DNA of 61,058 bases, filler included, from Hausera hauseri (taxonomy: Eukaryota), in NCBI GenBank assembly GCA_046269625.1. It is 9 parts of 9 records of this genome, joined end to end, with 100 filler letters (N's around TTAATTAATTAA, not from the genome) between each part and the next. Parts side by side here need not be neighbours in the genome. Positions count along the whole stretch, not along the records: positions 1 to 7,474 come from JBJURY010012900.1; positions 7,575 to 12,176 come from JBJURY010510017.1; 7 more parts are not named here. One strand, written 5' to 3'. This document shows positions 1 to 10,567 of the stretch, in pieces. Position 1 is the first letter of the stretch, and each line of letters opens with the position of its first letter. Both the position numbers and the translations under genes were made by a program. The notes under the pieces are model-generated. The model made no database searches. It worked only from the letters and a program-made list of their open reading frames with translations, and was not told where the DNA came from.

Positions 1-113
1 CTAGCTGACAACCACCTAACTTTCCCAGGAAGCTGTGACAGAAGGACAAAACACTAAGAAATCATAAAAGTAAAAAACAAAATGAAATCAAAAAATTAAA
101 AAAACAAGAACCA

Positions 114-2177
114 CTAGAACATCTCAGTGTCTGAATCGTCATCCGGACACAATCTTTGGAGTCGTGGGACAGGAATGGGAGGCATCCGTGTCCCTCCTGA
201 TCGAGGGAGAGCAGTGTATTGATGAGTGTGCTGCACCCAAGTGGCTGTAAACAAGTTCGTTAAGCACCTCTTCAAAACGGGTACAAGACAGCAGGACAGC
301 AAAAGAACCGAGAGAAGAAATAATCCTAAAGGAACCAAGAATCTGCGGAGCCAGACCTGCCAACCACCATCTGCGAACCAGTCCCACCACCCCCAGGGGG
401 GAGGGCTGGCGGTGTCTTCTGCTTTCATCTCGGTCAGCAGACTATTCAGATGGTCAATGGTTGTAGAAATGTTTCCAGAAACATCAGGGAGATAAGAACA
501 ACACATCGGTCCGATGACATGACAAAGTCCTCCCTGTGAGGCCAGCAAAAGATCCAAAGCCATGTGATGCTGAAGGAGCATATTTCTTGATGCCACAATG
601 AAAGGAGACAATGCAGAAAAACCTTCCTCAACATAAGATGTTAAGTTTTCTAGGCGGGTGTGCAAAGTATCTATCTTAAAAGCGTTGTTAACTGTGCCCC
701 ACCAGGGAAATAAACCACTCCCAATCTTTTCACCTTTGGAGACCATTAGTGACCTCTTAAACCTATAATCACCATGAGGTGAGGGCACAAACTGAGGATA
801 GTGATGGGTAGAATAGATAAGCTGATCTAACACCGTGACCGCAGGGGAAAGGTCAACTAAAGTGCATGTACCTGACCATTTAGGTGGAATGACCTGATAA
901 AGGTGTCTACCACAAAGCCAAACATAATCCTGAGGACATCCTGCTCCTAAATCATCGGGCCAAGCTAAAAGGTAAGCCTGAACAGCAAAAGACGGAGAAA
1001 GTTTGTGAGACTTAATCCTAGAGGGGATGCGCCGGATAAGACAAGAAGAAATATTGAAAGGGGCAGGAGCACAAGTGCTGGAAAATATCTGAAGACAGCC
1101 CTCTGTCTCACCAAGAAAAACTCTACCAGGGCCTCGTGCTCTGTGAACACAAAAAGGATGAGACATAGAACTGTAAAAAGAGTGAATTGTTGCTACAGGC
1201 TCAAACAAGGAAGCATCATCAGTCTGTAAAAACCCACTATCAGTGGCTCTGATAGCAACATGAGACATTTGTTGACAAGGTGCTGGAAGACCTCTTCTAG
1301 CATAAATCCATCCGTCTGACCCTTTCGAAAAAGGAGGAGTCAAAACCATCAAGGCACACAAAAACTCAGTCGAGTTTAAAGGACGAGGTCTAACAGGAAG
1401 TGACATACTAGCATCATGAGGAAAAAGAGTACAGGCATAACAGGAAGTGTTCAAACCTGCAGCAGACAAAATAGATCTGACTGTGTTCCACCAGATATTA
1501 CCATCCTTAGATCTAGACGCCATTTCGGCCACAACAGGAGGATAGTAGTCAGCCCCCCGAGGAAACCCAGTGTCTAGAGACTGAAAAATGGGAGATAACT
1601 GAGAAACAATGGTTGGAACAGAGACAGTCAGCCAGAAAGGTGCACAAACATCATAGCCAGTAATATAAGCACATACTGTATAATATCCTGAGTCAGAAAA
1701 AACAGCATCTTCAACATGAAACATTATAGCTGGAGAAGTATTGTTAACCTTCCATATTTTTATCCTGCCTTTGATGTTAGAGATGTCATCATCAAGCGTG
1801 TATCCCCAGTCAGGATAACCCGTTCTCCAGAGAGCTTCTGACCAGGAGCTACAGGTGGGACAAACATCAGGAACACTGTAACACACATACATTTCGGCCC
1901 AGATCATCATTGAAATGTCTGGACAGGGAAAATAAACACACGGGTCAAGCAAAACTGTAGTTTTAGTTCCCACAGTCACAGAAATATTAGGTCCGTGTGC
2001 ACAGCCATCGACCCAGGTGGAATGGGCCTTCTGGACAGAAGAGTGAGGAGCACCTTGTTCAGTCAGTTCCAAAGGGGTGCGTTCCGAGGTGGATGGGGTG
2101 AGAGTGAGCATCAGGGCTGCACTGATTAAAACCCTGATGCCAAACAGTCTAGCAAAAATCTCAGTACACCCAGCCAT
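114..2177 (-). CDS. env: Retroviral envelope glycoprotein (gamma-type SU-TM), intact
   Basis: ATG at 2177 follows a polypyrimidine/AG acceptor near 2219-2237. Signal peptide MAGCTEIFARLFGIRVLISAALMLTL, CXXC (CYAC), furin site RFKR, ISD LQHHMALDLLLASQGGLC with CX6CC (CHVIGPMCC), C-terminal TM helix. Confidence 0.95.
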   Translation of the reverse strand: MAGCTEIFARLFGIRVLISAALMLTLTPSTSERTPLELTEQGAPHSSVQKAHSTWVDGCAHGPNISVTVGTKTTVLLDPCVYFPCPDISMMIWAEMYVCYSVPDVCPTCSSWSEALWRTGYPDWGYTLDDDISNIKGRIKIWKVNNTSPAIMFHVEDAVFSDSGYYTVCAYITGYDVCAPFWLTVSVPTIVSQLSPIFQSLDTGFPRGADYYPPVVAEMASRSKDGNIWWNTVRSILSAAGLNTSCYACTLFPHDASMSLPVRPRPLNSTEFLCALMVLTPPFSKGSDGWIYARRGLPAPCQQMSHVAIRATDSGFLQTDDASLFEPVATIHSFYSSMSHPFCVHRARGPGRVFLGETEGCLQIFSSTCAPAPFNISSCLIRRIPSRIKSHKLSPSFAVQAYLLAWPDDLGAGCPQDYVWLCGRHLYQVIPPKWSGTCTLVDLSPAVTVLDQLIYSTHHYPQFVPSPHGDYRFKRSLMVSKGEKIGSGLFPWWGTVNNAFKIDTLHTRLENLTSYVEEGFSALSPFIVASRNMLLQHHMALDLLLASQGGLCHVIGPMCCSYLPDVSGNISTTIDHLNSLLTEMKAEDTASPPPWGWWDWFADGGWQVWLRRFLVPLGLFLLSVLLLSCCLVPVLKRCLTNLFTATWVQHTHQYTALPRSGGTRMPPIPVPRLQRLCPDDDSDTEMF

Positions 2178-2322
2178 GTCCGGCTTTAGGTGCAAATAGT
2201 TCAAATAGTTTTTTCCTTCTCGGGGAGAAAAAAAAAGGTGTGTGTGTGTCAGCCGATCACACACAGAGAGGAGCCAAGGCTTAGCTGTGACCTTGTGCTC
2301 GGGTGGAGAGCAGCTGTGGCAG

Positions 2323-5300
2323 CTACTCAGATGGATGCAGAACTTTCCGGCAGTGGCTGACGTGGATCCAGGTTGCACGTTCAGCAATCTTCACCGCCGA
2401 ATGTGTTGTGAGAAGAACTTGGAACGGTCCCAGCCAATGGATCGATTTCCAGGACGCCCGTTTGAAGTTTTTTATGAGGATGAAGTCACCAGGCCTCAGG
2501 CAGTGGAGAGGCTCGGCCGCTGGACTTGGCAGCGCAGCTTTGACCTGCGGACGAACAGAGTCAAGCAGAGAAGAGAGTTTAGAACAGTATCTAAGCATTT
2601 TATCTTCACACAGATCTGTGGATGAGAGTGTTGACTGTGGTGGATGCAGGCCCACGTTTGGTGGGACCGCAAACAATATTTCAAAAGGACTCAGATTACA
2701 CCTGCTCCTCCTCCTCGCCCTCATGTAAAATAGTACCAGTGGCAAAGCTTTTGGCCAGGAAAGTCCTGTTTCAGCACAACACTTAGCCAGCTTCAGCTTT
2801 ATTGTACCATTCTCACGTTCCACTGCCCCCCCACTTGCTGGGTGGTAGGCGCAGTGTTTTCTTAGGTCAATGCCTAAATATTCACTTATCTGAGAAATGG
2901 CTTCATTAGCAAAGTGTCGGCCATTATCGCTTGAAATTTTCCCAGGGATTCCCCACCGGGGAATAATTTCTGATAACAGGATCCTGGCCACATCAGAAGC
3001 ATTCTGTGATGACGTCGGAAACGCCTCAACCCACTTTGACCACATGTCAACAAACACCAAACAGTACTTTTTCCCTTCAGCTGGGCTTAGTTCAATGAAA
3101 TCCATCATTAAATGTTCAAACGGTCTCGACGGTGCAGGGTGGGCTGCCATTGCAGGCTTTATTGGCCTGCCTGCATTTTGCTTTGCACAGACCATACAAG
3201 ACTCACAATATTTCTGTGCCACCACTGTAAAACCCTGTGTGAACCAGTGGGTGTCCATCAAAGAGATCATACCAGATTTTGATGCATGATCACGCCCGTG
3301 AGTCAATTTTGCAAAATGATTGAAAAAATGTTTAGGCAGACAGGGTTTGAAATTTGGCCCAGTCCAGGTGTCATCTTTAAATGTACAACCTGCTTTTTTC
3401 CAAGCCTTTCTTTCTGCTGGATTTGCAAAGGACTGCATGTCCTTGACTGAGCAGCTCTCTCCCGGGTTATCTTGAAAGAATGTCAACACACCAGGCCCAG
3501 CAGCTGCCTGCTTCGCAGCGTTATCAGCGAGCCTGTTCCCGACTGAAACTGGGTCAGAGCCGCTTGTATGAGCTGCACATTTACAAACGGCCACTTCAGC
3601 TGGGAGCATTATAGCTTCCAGCAGAGAAGAAACAAGTTTGTGATTTAAAATTGGTGATCCGTCTGATTTTAGAAACTTCCTATATTTCCAAATCTGAGAA
3701 AAATTGTGTACTACGTTAAATGCGTAAGCACTATCTGTGAAAATGTTAACCCTTTTATTCTCAGCCCACCTGCACGCTTGGGTCAAAGCAATCAATTCTG
3801 CGGCTTGAGCTGATAAATGACCCGGCAAAGAGGAAGAACAGATGATGTCACCACTCCCATCCACAACAGCAAACCCCACCTTGTTCTGATTAGTAAGCGG
3901 ATCTTTCCGAGCCGACCCGTCAACAAACAGCTGAGCCTCAGGTCGGCTCAGCGGCTTATCAGACAGATCAGGTCGGGGTGTGCAGCTCAAATCCAGCTCG
4001 ACCACGCAGTCATGAGGTTCGCCGTCCTCTGGCAACGGAAGTAGCGTGGCTGGATTCAAACCTGCACACCTCTTGATGTTTACATTGGGCATTTCAAGCA
4101 AGCACGTGTAGTAACGAAGGTAACGAGCCGCGCTGAGATGTGATGTTTTTTGTTCATTTAGAATGAGAGTGACCGCGTGGGGGACATACAAGGTCAAATC
4201 AGAATACCCCACTACGTCTTTGGAAGCGAGTAGCGCTTTTTCCGCAGCTGCCACGGCGCGGAGACATCTTGGCAAGCCTGCGGCCACTGGATCTAGTTTT
4301 GCACTGAAATAGGCAACAGGTCTCATTTTATCACCATGAAGCTGACTGAGCACAGACGTCATGCACCCAGATTTTTCATCAACATGCTGGTAAAATGGTT
4401 GTAATGGGTCTGCAATGCCCAGAGTTGGAGCACTCTGCAGAGCCTGTTTCAAACAAACAAAAGCTTTCTCAGCTTCAGGGGACCAGGAAACAACACCAGA
4501 GGGCACTAGGCCAGGGGCATGACAAATTTCTCTCAGAGGCAGTTCTAGTTCTGAGTAATTTGGGATGAACTGCCTGCAATAGCCACACAACCCAAGAAAT
4601 GACATAAGCTGCTTTTTTGTGACAGGACGGGGCAGGGAAGTGATCGCTGAGATTCTCTGAGGAGACAGTGTTTTACCTGCTGCAGATAAAACATGTCCCA
4701 AAAAAGTGACCTGAGTTTTAACAAACTGCAGCTTTGAGAGGCTGACCTTATGACCCTGTTCTGCAAGGTGACACAAAAGAGCAACAGAATCTGCCTCACA
4801 CTGAGATTTTGAAGGCGACGCGACAAAAAGATCATCAATATATTGCAAAAGGGCAGAACCAGGTGACAATGTGAGAGATGAAAGACTTTCGCACAGGGCC
4901 TGATGGAAAATGGTGGGTGATTCTACATAGCCCTGGCACAACCGGGTAAATGTGTAACAACCCCCTTTGAACTCAAATGCAAACCAATACTGTGAGTCTT
5001 TGTGAACTGGGATGCTAAAAAATGCATTTGCCAAATCAATTACACTAAACCACGTGGCTTCAGATGGTATTTGTGATAGAATAGTGTGAGGGTTTGGAAC
5101 AACAGGGTCTCGGGCATGAACTGCAGCGTTTACCGCTCTGAGATCCTGAACAAACCTCCACTCATCAGGTGGTTTGTCCCTGATCTTTTTCACAGGAAAA
5201 ATAGGTGTTCTGACAGGTGAGTCCTCACACTGTACAATAACACCTGCTTTCAACAATGACTCAAAAACAGGGGTAATCCCCTCAACAGCTTCAGGTTTCA

Positions 5301-5469
5301 AAGGATATTGCCGGCGCCTGGGCCTAAAATCAGATTTAGGAGTCACGACAACAGGGTCAGCATTTCTCATCAGCCCAACATCATACTTGTGTTTTGCCCA
5401 CAGGCTCTCAGGCACCTGTGAGAGACATGCTGGAACCATGCCAGGTTCACTTAAAGCTGGGGCGGTTAG
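2323..5469 (-). CDS. pol: Pol: reverse transcriptase - tether - RNase H - integrase, intact
   Basis: IDLANAFFSIP, LCQGY, YIDD, FVDGS/AELIAL/TDSAY RNase H, HxxxH..CxxC zinc site, MDF/SDNG/VEREN DDE, GPF. The frame is open from the TGA at 5472-5470. Confidence 0.97.
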   Translation of the reverse strand, partial: LTAPALSEPGMVPACLSQVPESLWAKHKYDVGLMRNADPVVVTPKSDFRPRRRQYPLKPEAVEGITPVFESLLKAGVIVQCEDSPVRTPIFPVKKIRDKPPDEWRFVQDLRAVNAAVHARDPVVPNPHTILSQIPSEATWFSVIDLANAFFSIPVHKDSQYWFAFEFKGGCYTFTRLCQGYVESPTIFHQALCESLSSLTLSPGSALLQYIDDLFVASPSKSQCEADSVALLCHLAEQGHKVSLSKLQFVKTQVTFLGHVLSAAGKTLSPQRISAITSLPRPVTKKQLMSFLGLCGYCRQFIPNYSELELPLREICHAPGLVPSGVVSWSPEAEKAFVCLKQALQSAPTLGIADPLQPFYQHVDEKSGCMTSVLSQLHGDKMRPVAYFSAKLDPVAAGLPRCLRAVAAAEKALLASKDVVGYSDLTLYVPHAVTLILNEQKTSHLSAARYLRYYTCLLEMPNVNIKRCAGLNPATLLPLPEDGEPHDCVVELDLSCTPRPDLSDKPLSRPEAQLFVDGSARKDPLTNQNKVGFAVVDGSGDIICSSSLPGHLSAQAAELIALTQACRWAENKRVNIFTDSAYAFNVVHNFSQIWKYRKFLKSDGSPILNHKLVSSLLEAIMLPAEVAVCKCAAHTSGSDPVSVGNRLADNAAKQAAAGPGVLTFFQDNPGESCSVKDMQSFANPAERKAWKKAGCTFKDDTWTGPNFKPCLPKHFFNHFAKLTHGRDHASKSGMISLMDTHWFTQGFTVVAQKYCESCMVCAKQNAGRPIKPAMAAHPAPSRPFEHLMMDFIELSPAEGKKYCLVFVDMWSKWVEAFPTSSQNASDVARILLSEIIPRWGIPGKISSDNGRHFANEAISQISEYLGIDLRKHCAYHPASGGAVERENGTIKLKLAKCCAETGLSWPKALPLVLFYMRARRRSRCNLSPFEILFAVPPNVGLHPPQSTLSSTDLCEDKMLRYCSKLSSLLDSVRPQVKAALPSPAAEPLHCLRPGDFILIKNFKRASWKSIHWLGPFQVLLTTHSAVKIAERATWIHVSHCRKVLHPSE

Positions 5470-6507
5470 TCAGCTGTGAGAGCTGCACGTTTCAGACAAC
5501 TGATACACAGAACGAAGGCAGGAAAAAGATAGCTCACACTTCGTCTGGTAGGCAGCCAGAGATGGACAAAAAGAAACATCAGCTGAGTTTGTGACTGCCC
5601 AATCACTGGCAGTCATACACTTCAGCACAAAAGGACCGAGATCACGCCATCTGTCAGATGATGTTTTTGCCAAAGCAATGTGAGGATAAGACTGAGGGAT
5701 CATGAAAAACTCTGCCTGTGATGGGTAAAGCTTCACAGATAAAGCACAACGTCCTGAACTCCAAAATAAAAACTCACTGCACAATACATCATCAGGGTCC
5801 TCAAGAAAACATTTAGCATAAGGGTCATTTTGATTAGGTGTGACCATCGCAGTGCAGTGTAGATGAGCACTCTTCATAACCACTGCAGAGGGAGTGATTA
5901 ACTCCCTCGCTTTGTGTACAAGATTGACAGCTGGGTCCAGGGGGACCCACCACTGGTAGACAAACATGTCCTGTTTACCCACCAGCGTTGGGCATGAGAG
6001 TTGAACTGGTTCTCTTATGACCTTTAGTCCTGTGGGAGTTGAAATTAGGCTTAACCCAAATTGAAGGATTAAGTCTCTAGCTAACAAATTCACAGGACAG
6101 TTAGATGAGAGAAGGAACCTATGCTGTAATGTTTTAGGCCCAAATCTGTTTTCACCAAGATCTGTACACACAACCGGTTCTGCAAAATGCTCACGCACAC
6201 ACTTTCCGGATGCTCCGGTAGAAAAAATAAAATCTTTGCTTATTTTCATCGCAGGCGCGTCTGAGGCCTTAATAACAGAATGTGTGGCCCCAGAATCAAC
6301 AAGAAAAACCAAAGGTTTTTTATCAACCAGTAAAGTGAAAGATGGATAAAGTTTAAAAGCATCAGACAAATATTTCACGTAGCTGTAAGTGTGTGTGTGT
6401 TCGTGTGTGTCTGTACTCATCTTAGCGGGTGCGTTTTCTGCCTGGACCGTCTGCTCCCCCTGCGTCCACCCCTCCTTCTGGTGTCCATCCCTAGCTCTGC
6501 TCCGATC
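5470..6507 (-). CDS. pro: Retroviral aspartic protease followed by a 2H-phosphoesterase-like domain
   Basis: FLVDSGATHS and NLLARDL, then HCT (5859-5851) and HIA (5682-5674) motifs. Frame is open from the TAG at 6510-6508 and is in frame with pol. Confidence 0.88.
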   Translation of the reverse strand, partial: DRSRARDGHQKEGWTQGEQTVQAENAPAKMSTDTHEHTHTYSYVKYLSDAFKLYPSFTLLVDKKPLVFLVDSGATHSVIKASDAPAMKISKDFIFSTGASGKCVREHFAEPVVCTDLGENRFGPKTLQHRFLLSSNCPVNLLARDLILQFGLSLISTPTGLKVIREPVQLSCPTLVGKQDMFVYQWWVPLDPAVNLVHKARELITPSAVVMKSAHLHCTAMVTPNQNDPYAKCFLEDPDDVLCSEFLFWSSGRCALSVKLYPSQAEFFMIPQSYPHIALAKTSSDRWRDLGPFVLKCMTASDWAVTNSADVSFCPSLAAYQTKCELSFSCLRSVYQLSETCSSHS

Positions 6508-6511
6508 CTAG

Positions 6512-7474
6512 TCAGCTGTGGCCGTGTTCACCATGCTGTGGCTGGCTGAACCTCTTCGGACACTCCTTAGCCCAGTGGTTCGCCGCCCCTCAGAAGAAAC
6601 AGCAATTCTGGTAGGAGGGTCTATTGTAGCGTTCCTGGTGTCTCCAGTTACCACGGCCCCTTCCTCAACCTCGAGGGAAACCACCAGCGCTGTTGTAAGA
6701 AGCTTGTCTTCCCACAGCCTGAACCATCATTAGTTGTGCCTGGCGCTGTTCTTCAGCGAGAGCTTTTTCTTCCGCTTCTTTCTCCTCCTCCAGACCCTTC
6801 TGAGGATTTTTTGCATACTTGCGAATTTTTCAAGGTGACAGTCATCGAGGTCCCCACAGGAGATCTTAATGGCTGCTACGATGTCTGGCAACAGACCATT
6901 AATGAAGTACTGACTTATGCTTGCCTCCCAAGTCCCGATCTCCTCACCCACGGATGCCGGTGGGTCGATTCCGGAGTTTTCATTATGCACAGCAAGCAGC
7001 CTTGTGAAATAGTCCTCAGTTTTCTCAGTCCTTGTTTGCAGGCTATGATCTTATGATGTTATGACTGTTTTCCTTGGAAAAGCTTTTTTAATCATGCCAC
7101 ACAGAGTAGAGAGTGCAGTCATATATAAAATATTTTGCTGGTTGTCGAAGGTGGGGGGCACGGGTCGATGGTCCCCCTCCAGGTTGGCTTTGATCTTCTC
7201 AAAGTTAGTAGGCCCCATATGAAGTTGCAACAGCCTGCGCAGCTCCGGCCACGTTGGCATGACCTCCCTGCAGATGATCTGAATGGCCTCGCTGAACTTT
7301 TCACCTACCTCGACCATGCTGGAAGGTGCTGCATGTAGGCTTTCATGTCGTCAACAGTCCAAGCACGGAAAACAAGGACTGGTCCGGTGTGGCCTGCAAC
7401 TGTGATCATGGGTGCCTGTATGCTGATGTTAGCCGTATCCTGCATTATCTTCTCCACCTCCGCCTCCAGTGCTT
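6512..7474 (-). pseudogene. gag: gag (capsid plus zinc knuckle), 5'-truncated by the contig end, frameshifted
   Basis: PVLVFRAWTVDDMK capsid start, MHR-like CKQG..EDYFTRL, knuckle CFF*GAANHWAKEC with the second Cys replaced by TGA, several frame breaks. Confidence 0.88.
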
Positions 7475-7574
7475 NNNNNNNNNNNNNNNNNNNNNNNNNN
7501 NNNNNNNNNNNNNNNNNNTTAATTAATTAANNNNNNNNNNNNNNNNNNNNNNNNNNNNNNNNNNNNNNNNNNNN
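7475..7574. other. Artificial contig linker (N44-TTAATTAATTAA-N44)
   Basis: Six-frame stop spacer flanked by Ns. The same cassette occurs eight times in the window. Confidence 0.99.
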
Positions 7575-8349
7575 TTTTGATATTGTTCTAAATTCGGTGG
7601 AATAAACAAACAAAATTATTAAAGGAGTTAATTTTTTTGCATAAACAGGCAGTGGGCATAATGAGCTTCTGTCCTCAAGCCCTGCAGATGGTACCAAACC
7701 CAGATGTGATGTGTCAGTGTTTGTCTTTCATCCCTGATGTAGACGAAAAAGAAAAAGTGGGGAGCACGTAGTACTTTATGCAAAAAAGCCTACTTCCAAT
7801 CAAAACTAATTAGGAGCTTAATTAGACCAGCAGCAACCTTAAACACATGGCTTGGCTTACTTTGGTAAAGAAACAGTACCAACCAAGGTACTTGAGTTAT
7901 AGACTCATCTTTGAGTCAATACCAATGACGTTTAGTAAAGACCCACCAATAACTACTAAAAAGTAGCTATTGAGTGATGGTCACGCAGACCCCTAAAAAT
8001 ATTTAGGTTTTGTATGGAAATGGTCAGCAAACCATTAGGTTTAGAATTGCCTGATCAGCGTGGTCACACCAACAAACAAAAGACAGGTATAAATTTTGTA
8101 TCAAACTTAACTCATTGAACTCAACTTAACCCGTAAACGTTTACTTTGAATTTATTACGCTTATGACTTTTGGGATCCTTTTCGTCACTGTACAGAAACC
8201 AATGCGATTACATACACGTTTATTAAAATTAATTTTAACAATAATTGATTCAAACATCTACGCATAGTAAAAGTACTGCATAAGGCTATATATAATTTCA
8301 AACACTTGTAAGTAAATAGCGCAGTCAACGATAATGATTGAAATATTAT

Positions 8350-10110
8350 TCCATGTTTATCTGGCAGTTAGTGAATATTTTGCTGAAATGTTCCTAGCAC
8401 ACAAATTTCTGGCACCTGTCACAATTGGTATACACCTTCTTGTCAGGACCCCGTGAACACAAGTGACAGCGAGCTATAACAAAGTTATATAACGTTCATT
8501 AATTGAAACATTTCACAAAAATAAATAATAAGTACTACTTTACCTTTTGTTGGTCCCCCATCAAATGCAGGTTGAAGTGCAGTGCCATCCTGTGGGACCT
8601 GCCACCTGTTACGGTATATCTGCAACAATTGTATGCCTAATTCAACTAGGTAAAGACGTCGTTTGTGCGTTTTAATCTTGTTCCACTCTGGATCAACAAT
8701 AGTGTGCAAAACGTAGCCATTATACAGCGATAAATCCAACAAATTGGCAAACAAAATGACATGCCACCTTCTACTAGAAAATTTTACCGAGTACGTCCTA
8801 ACTCTTCCGTCCACAGCATTTACACCTCTATTGGTAACATTGCAATAATTTACCACCACAGGCTTTTTCTTATCACCTGGCAATACAGAAACGTCGAGGT
8901 GTTGTGAGCTAAACACAAGGCCAACTTTTGCCGGCTTCGCTCTATAGGATAGCAGTTCAAAATTATCCCTTCGGAGACAGTAAATATTGTCGAAAACATC
9001 TCGCGGCCCTGGCATTGGGTAAGCTCCTTAGGCACCTCCTTTCTGTTTTCCCTCATTCTACCAACTAAAGTTAGATTTTTGTCAACAAAGCTCTAGCTAA
9101 CGAAATACTCGTAAAAAATTGTCAGTCATTATGTTGCGACCTGTGCCGTAAAGAAATCGAGTCAAATCCATAACCACTCTTCCTCCTAAGTCTATTCCTG
9201 GTTCCCGTTCTTCTTTACCGCAGTACATTTGCAAATTTACGCAGCAATAGTTTGTTGAGTCACAAAGCAGCGAGAACTTAAGGCCATATTTTGACGATTT
9301 CTTTGGAATGTATGGCATATATAGGCACCTACCTCTGTATGGGTGCAGCTGTTCGTCTACCGTAAGATATTCGTGTGGAATGAAAGCACGCTGAGAATTA
9401 TTAACAAATCCGTCGATAAGCAAACGACAGACAACTCATTTATCTCTAACCAAGTAAGCAGCCTTGGTTTCCCTATTATCAAAACGCAAATGACGTCTCA
9501 TAGTTTTGAATCCGGTTAGCGACATTGTTTTCAAAAATATTGACCGCCCTTTATCTTCTGACCAGTGTTCATCAACTGCCTTTCCATAGCCTCATACGCA
9601 CCGCGTAATATCAACAGTCCTAAGAATGCATCAAGTTCTGCATTATCCATATTTGTCCAAGGGTCTCCAGCAACACGTCTAGCCTCTCTATTAGTTTCCA
9701 CCAGGATCGTGCGCGTCATTTCTTTTTCAAATATCACTTTAAATATCTATAGTATTGGGTTACGTATAATTCTACTGGTGGCCCATGCAGTAATTCCAGG
9801 TCATGTTGTTAAAGTATTTTTGGCTGCCAGCCTACCTACAGCTGCCGGTATACGCGTGCTCCACATCACACCACTACTGGTAATGAATGAACCTACCTCC
9901 ATCGATTCCACATTCATGGCGCTTCTTTCAATATCTGTATCTGATTTATCTGATGTTTCGCTTTCTTCCGGATCTTCCATTATTCTTTCATCAACCTACA
10001 CAAAGCATACCGCATATCGTCAAACCAAACCATATCATATATCGTCCATCAAAATTTATGTTATGACTTACCGCATCAGTCGAACTTCCGTCGTCATCAG
10101 GGTCCCAGAG
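8350..10110 (-). pseudogene. piggyBac-family transposase, decayed, with two putative introns
   Basis: LTVDEQLHPYRGRC, YIPKKSSKYGLK, MTDNF, RGVNAVD, RRWHVILF, C-terminal CRD RCHLC..CDRC..VC*EH. Candidate end TTAA|CCC at 8126-8132. Confidence 0.92.
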
Positions 10111-10567
10111 ATAGGTACGTTAGAGCCGTTATGCGTGATGTAAAAGTCAGATGAACAGATGAAGGCACAGACAATGTTATAAATTTGTGTGTTGTTTATT
10201 TGCGATGTCTTGATGGTGTAAATGCGTATGCTGTTTAGAAAATGGAAAAGGGAAATTGGGTTAGTATGTAACCAGAAATGCAATGCGGGGTCTCCGCGAA
10301 CAGTGCCGTCCGGCCCAATGACCTAGGGCGGGCGACCGGGAATTCAGCGCCGCCGCGTCGAAACCGAAACTTTGGGGTGGTCGCCTTTTCCCCTTCGAGT
10401 TCCGTCATTATAACGTCATTCAGTATGACTTTCTTAACGATATATAACGTTTTCATATTCAAATAATTGGAATAATAATTCGAGTTGGTTTCCAGTTCAA
10501 AATTTGCATATCCTTTTAGTCTAATGAACTTGATAACGCTCGTTTCTTTAGCAATATAATTGTCACT

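Larger units (their letters stand above)
1..7474 (-). mobile_element. Class I (epsilon/gamma-like) fish endogenous retrovirus, internal region; LTRs lie outside the contig
   Basis: gag-pro-pol-env order on the minus strand, retroviral RT with tether plus RNase H, gamma-type env. Confidence 0.95.

Noticed and set aside
6590-6595. In-frame TGA at a zinc-knuckle Cys as selenocysteine
   Set aside because: gag has several other lesions and no SECIS was identified; a point mutation is simpler.
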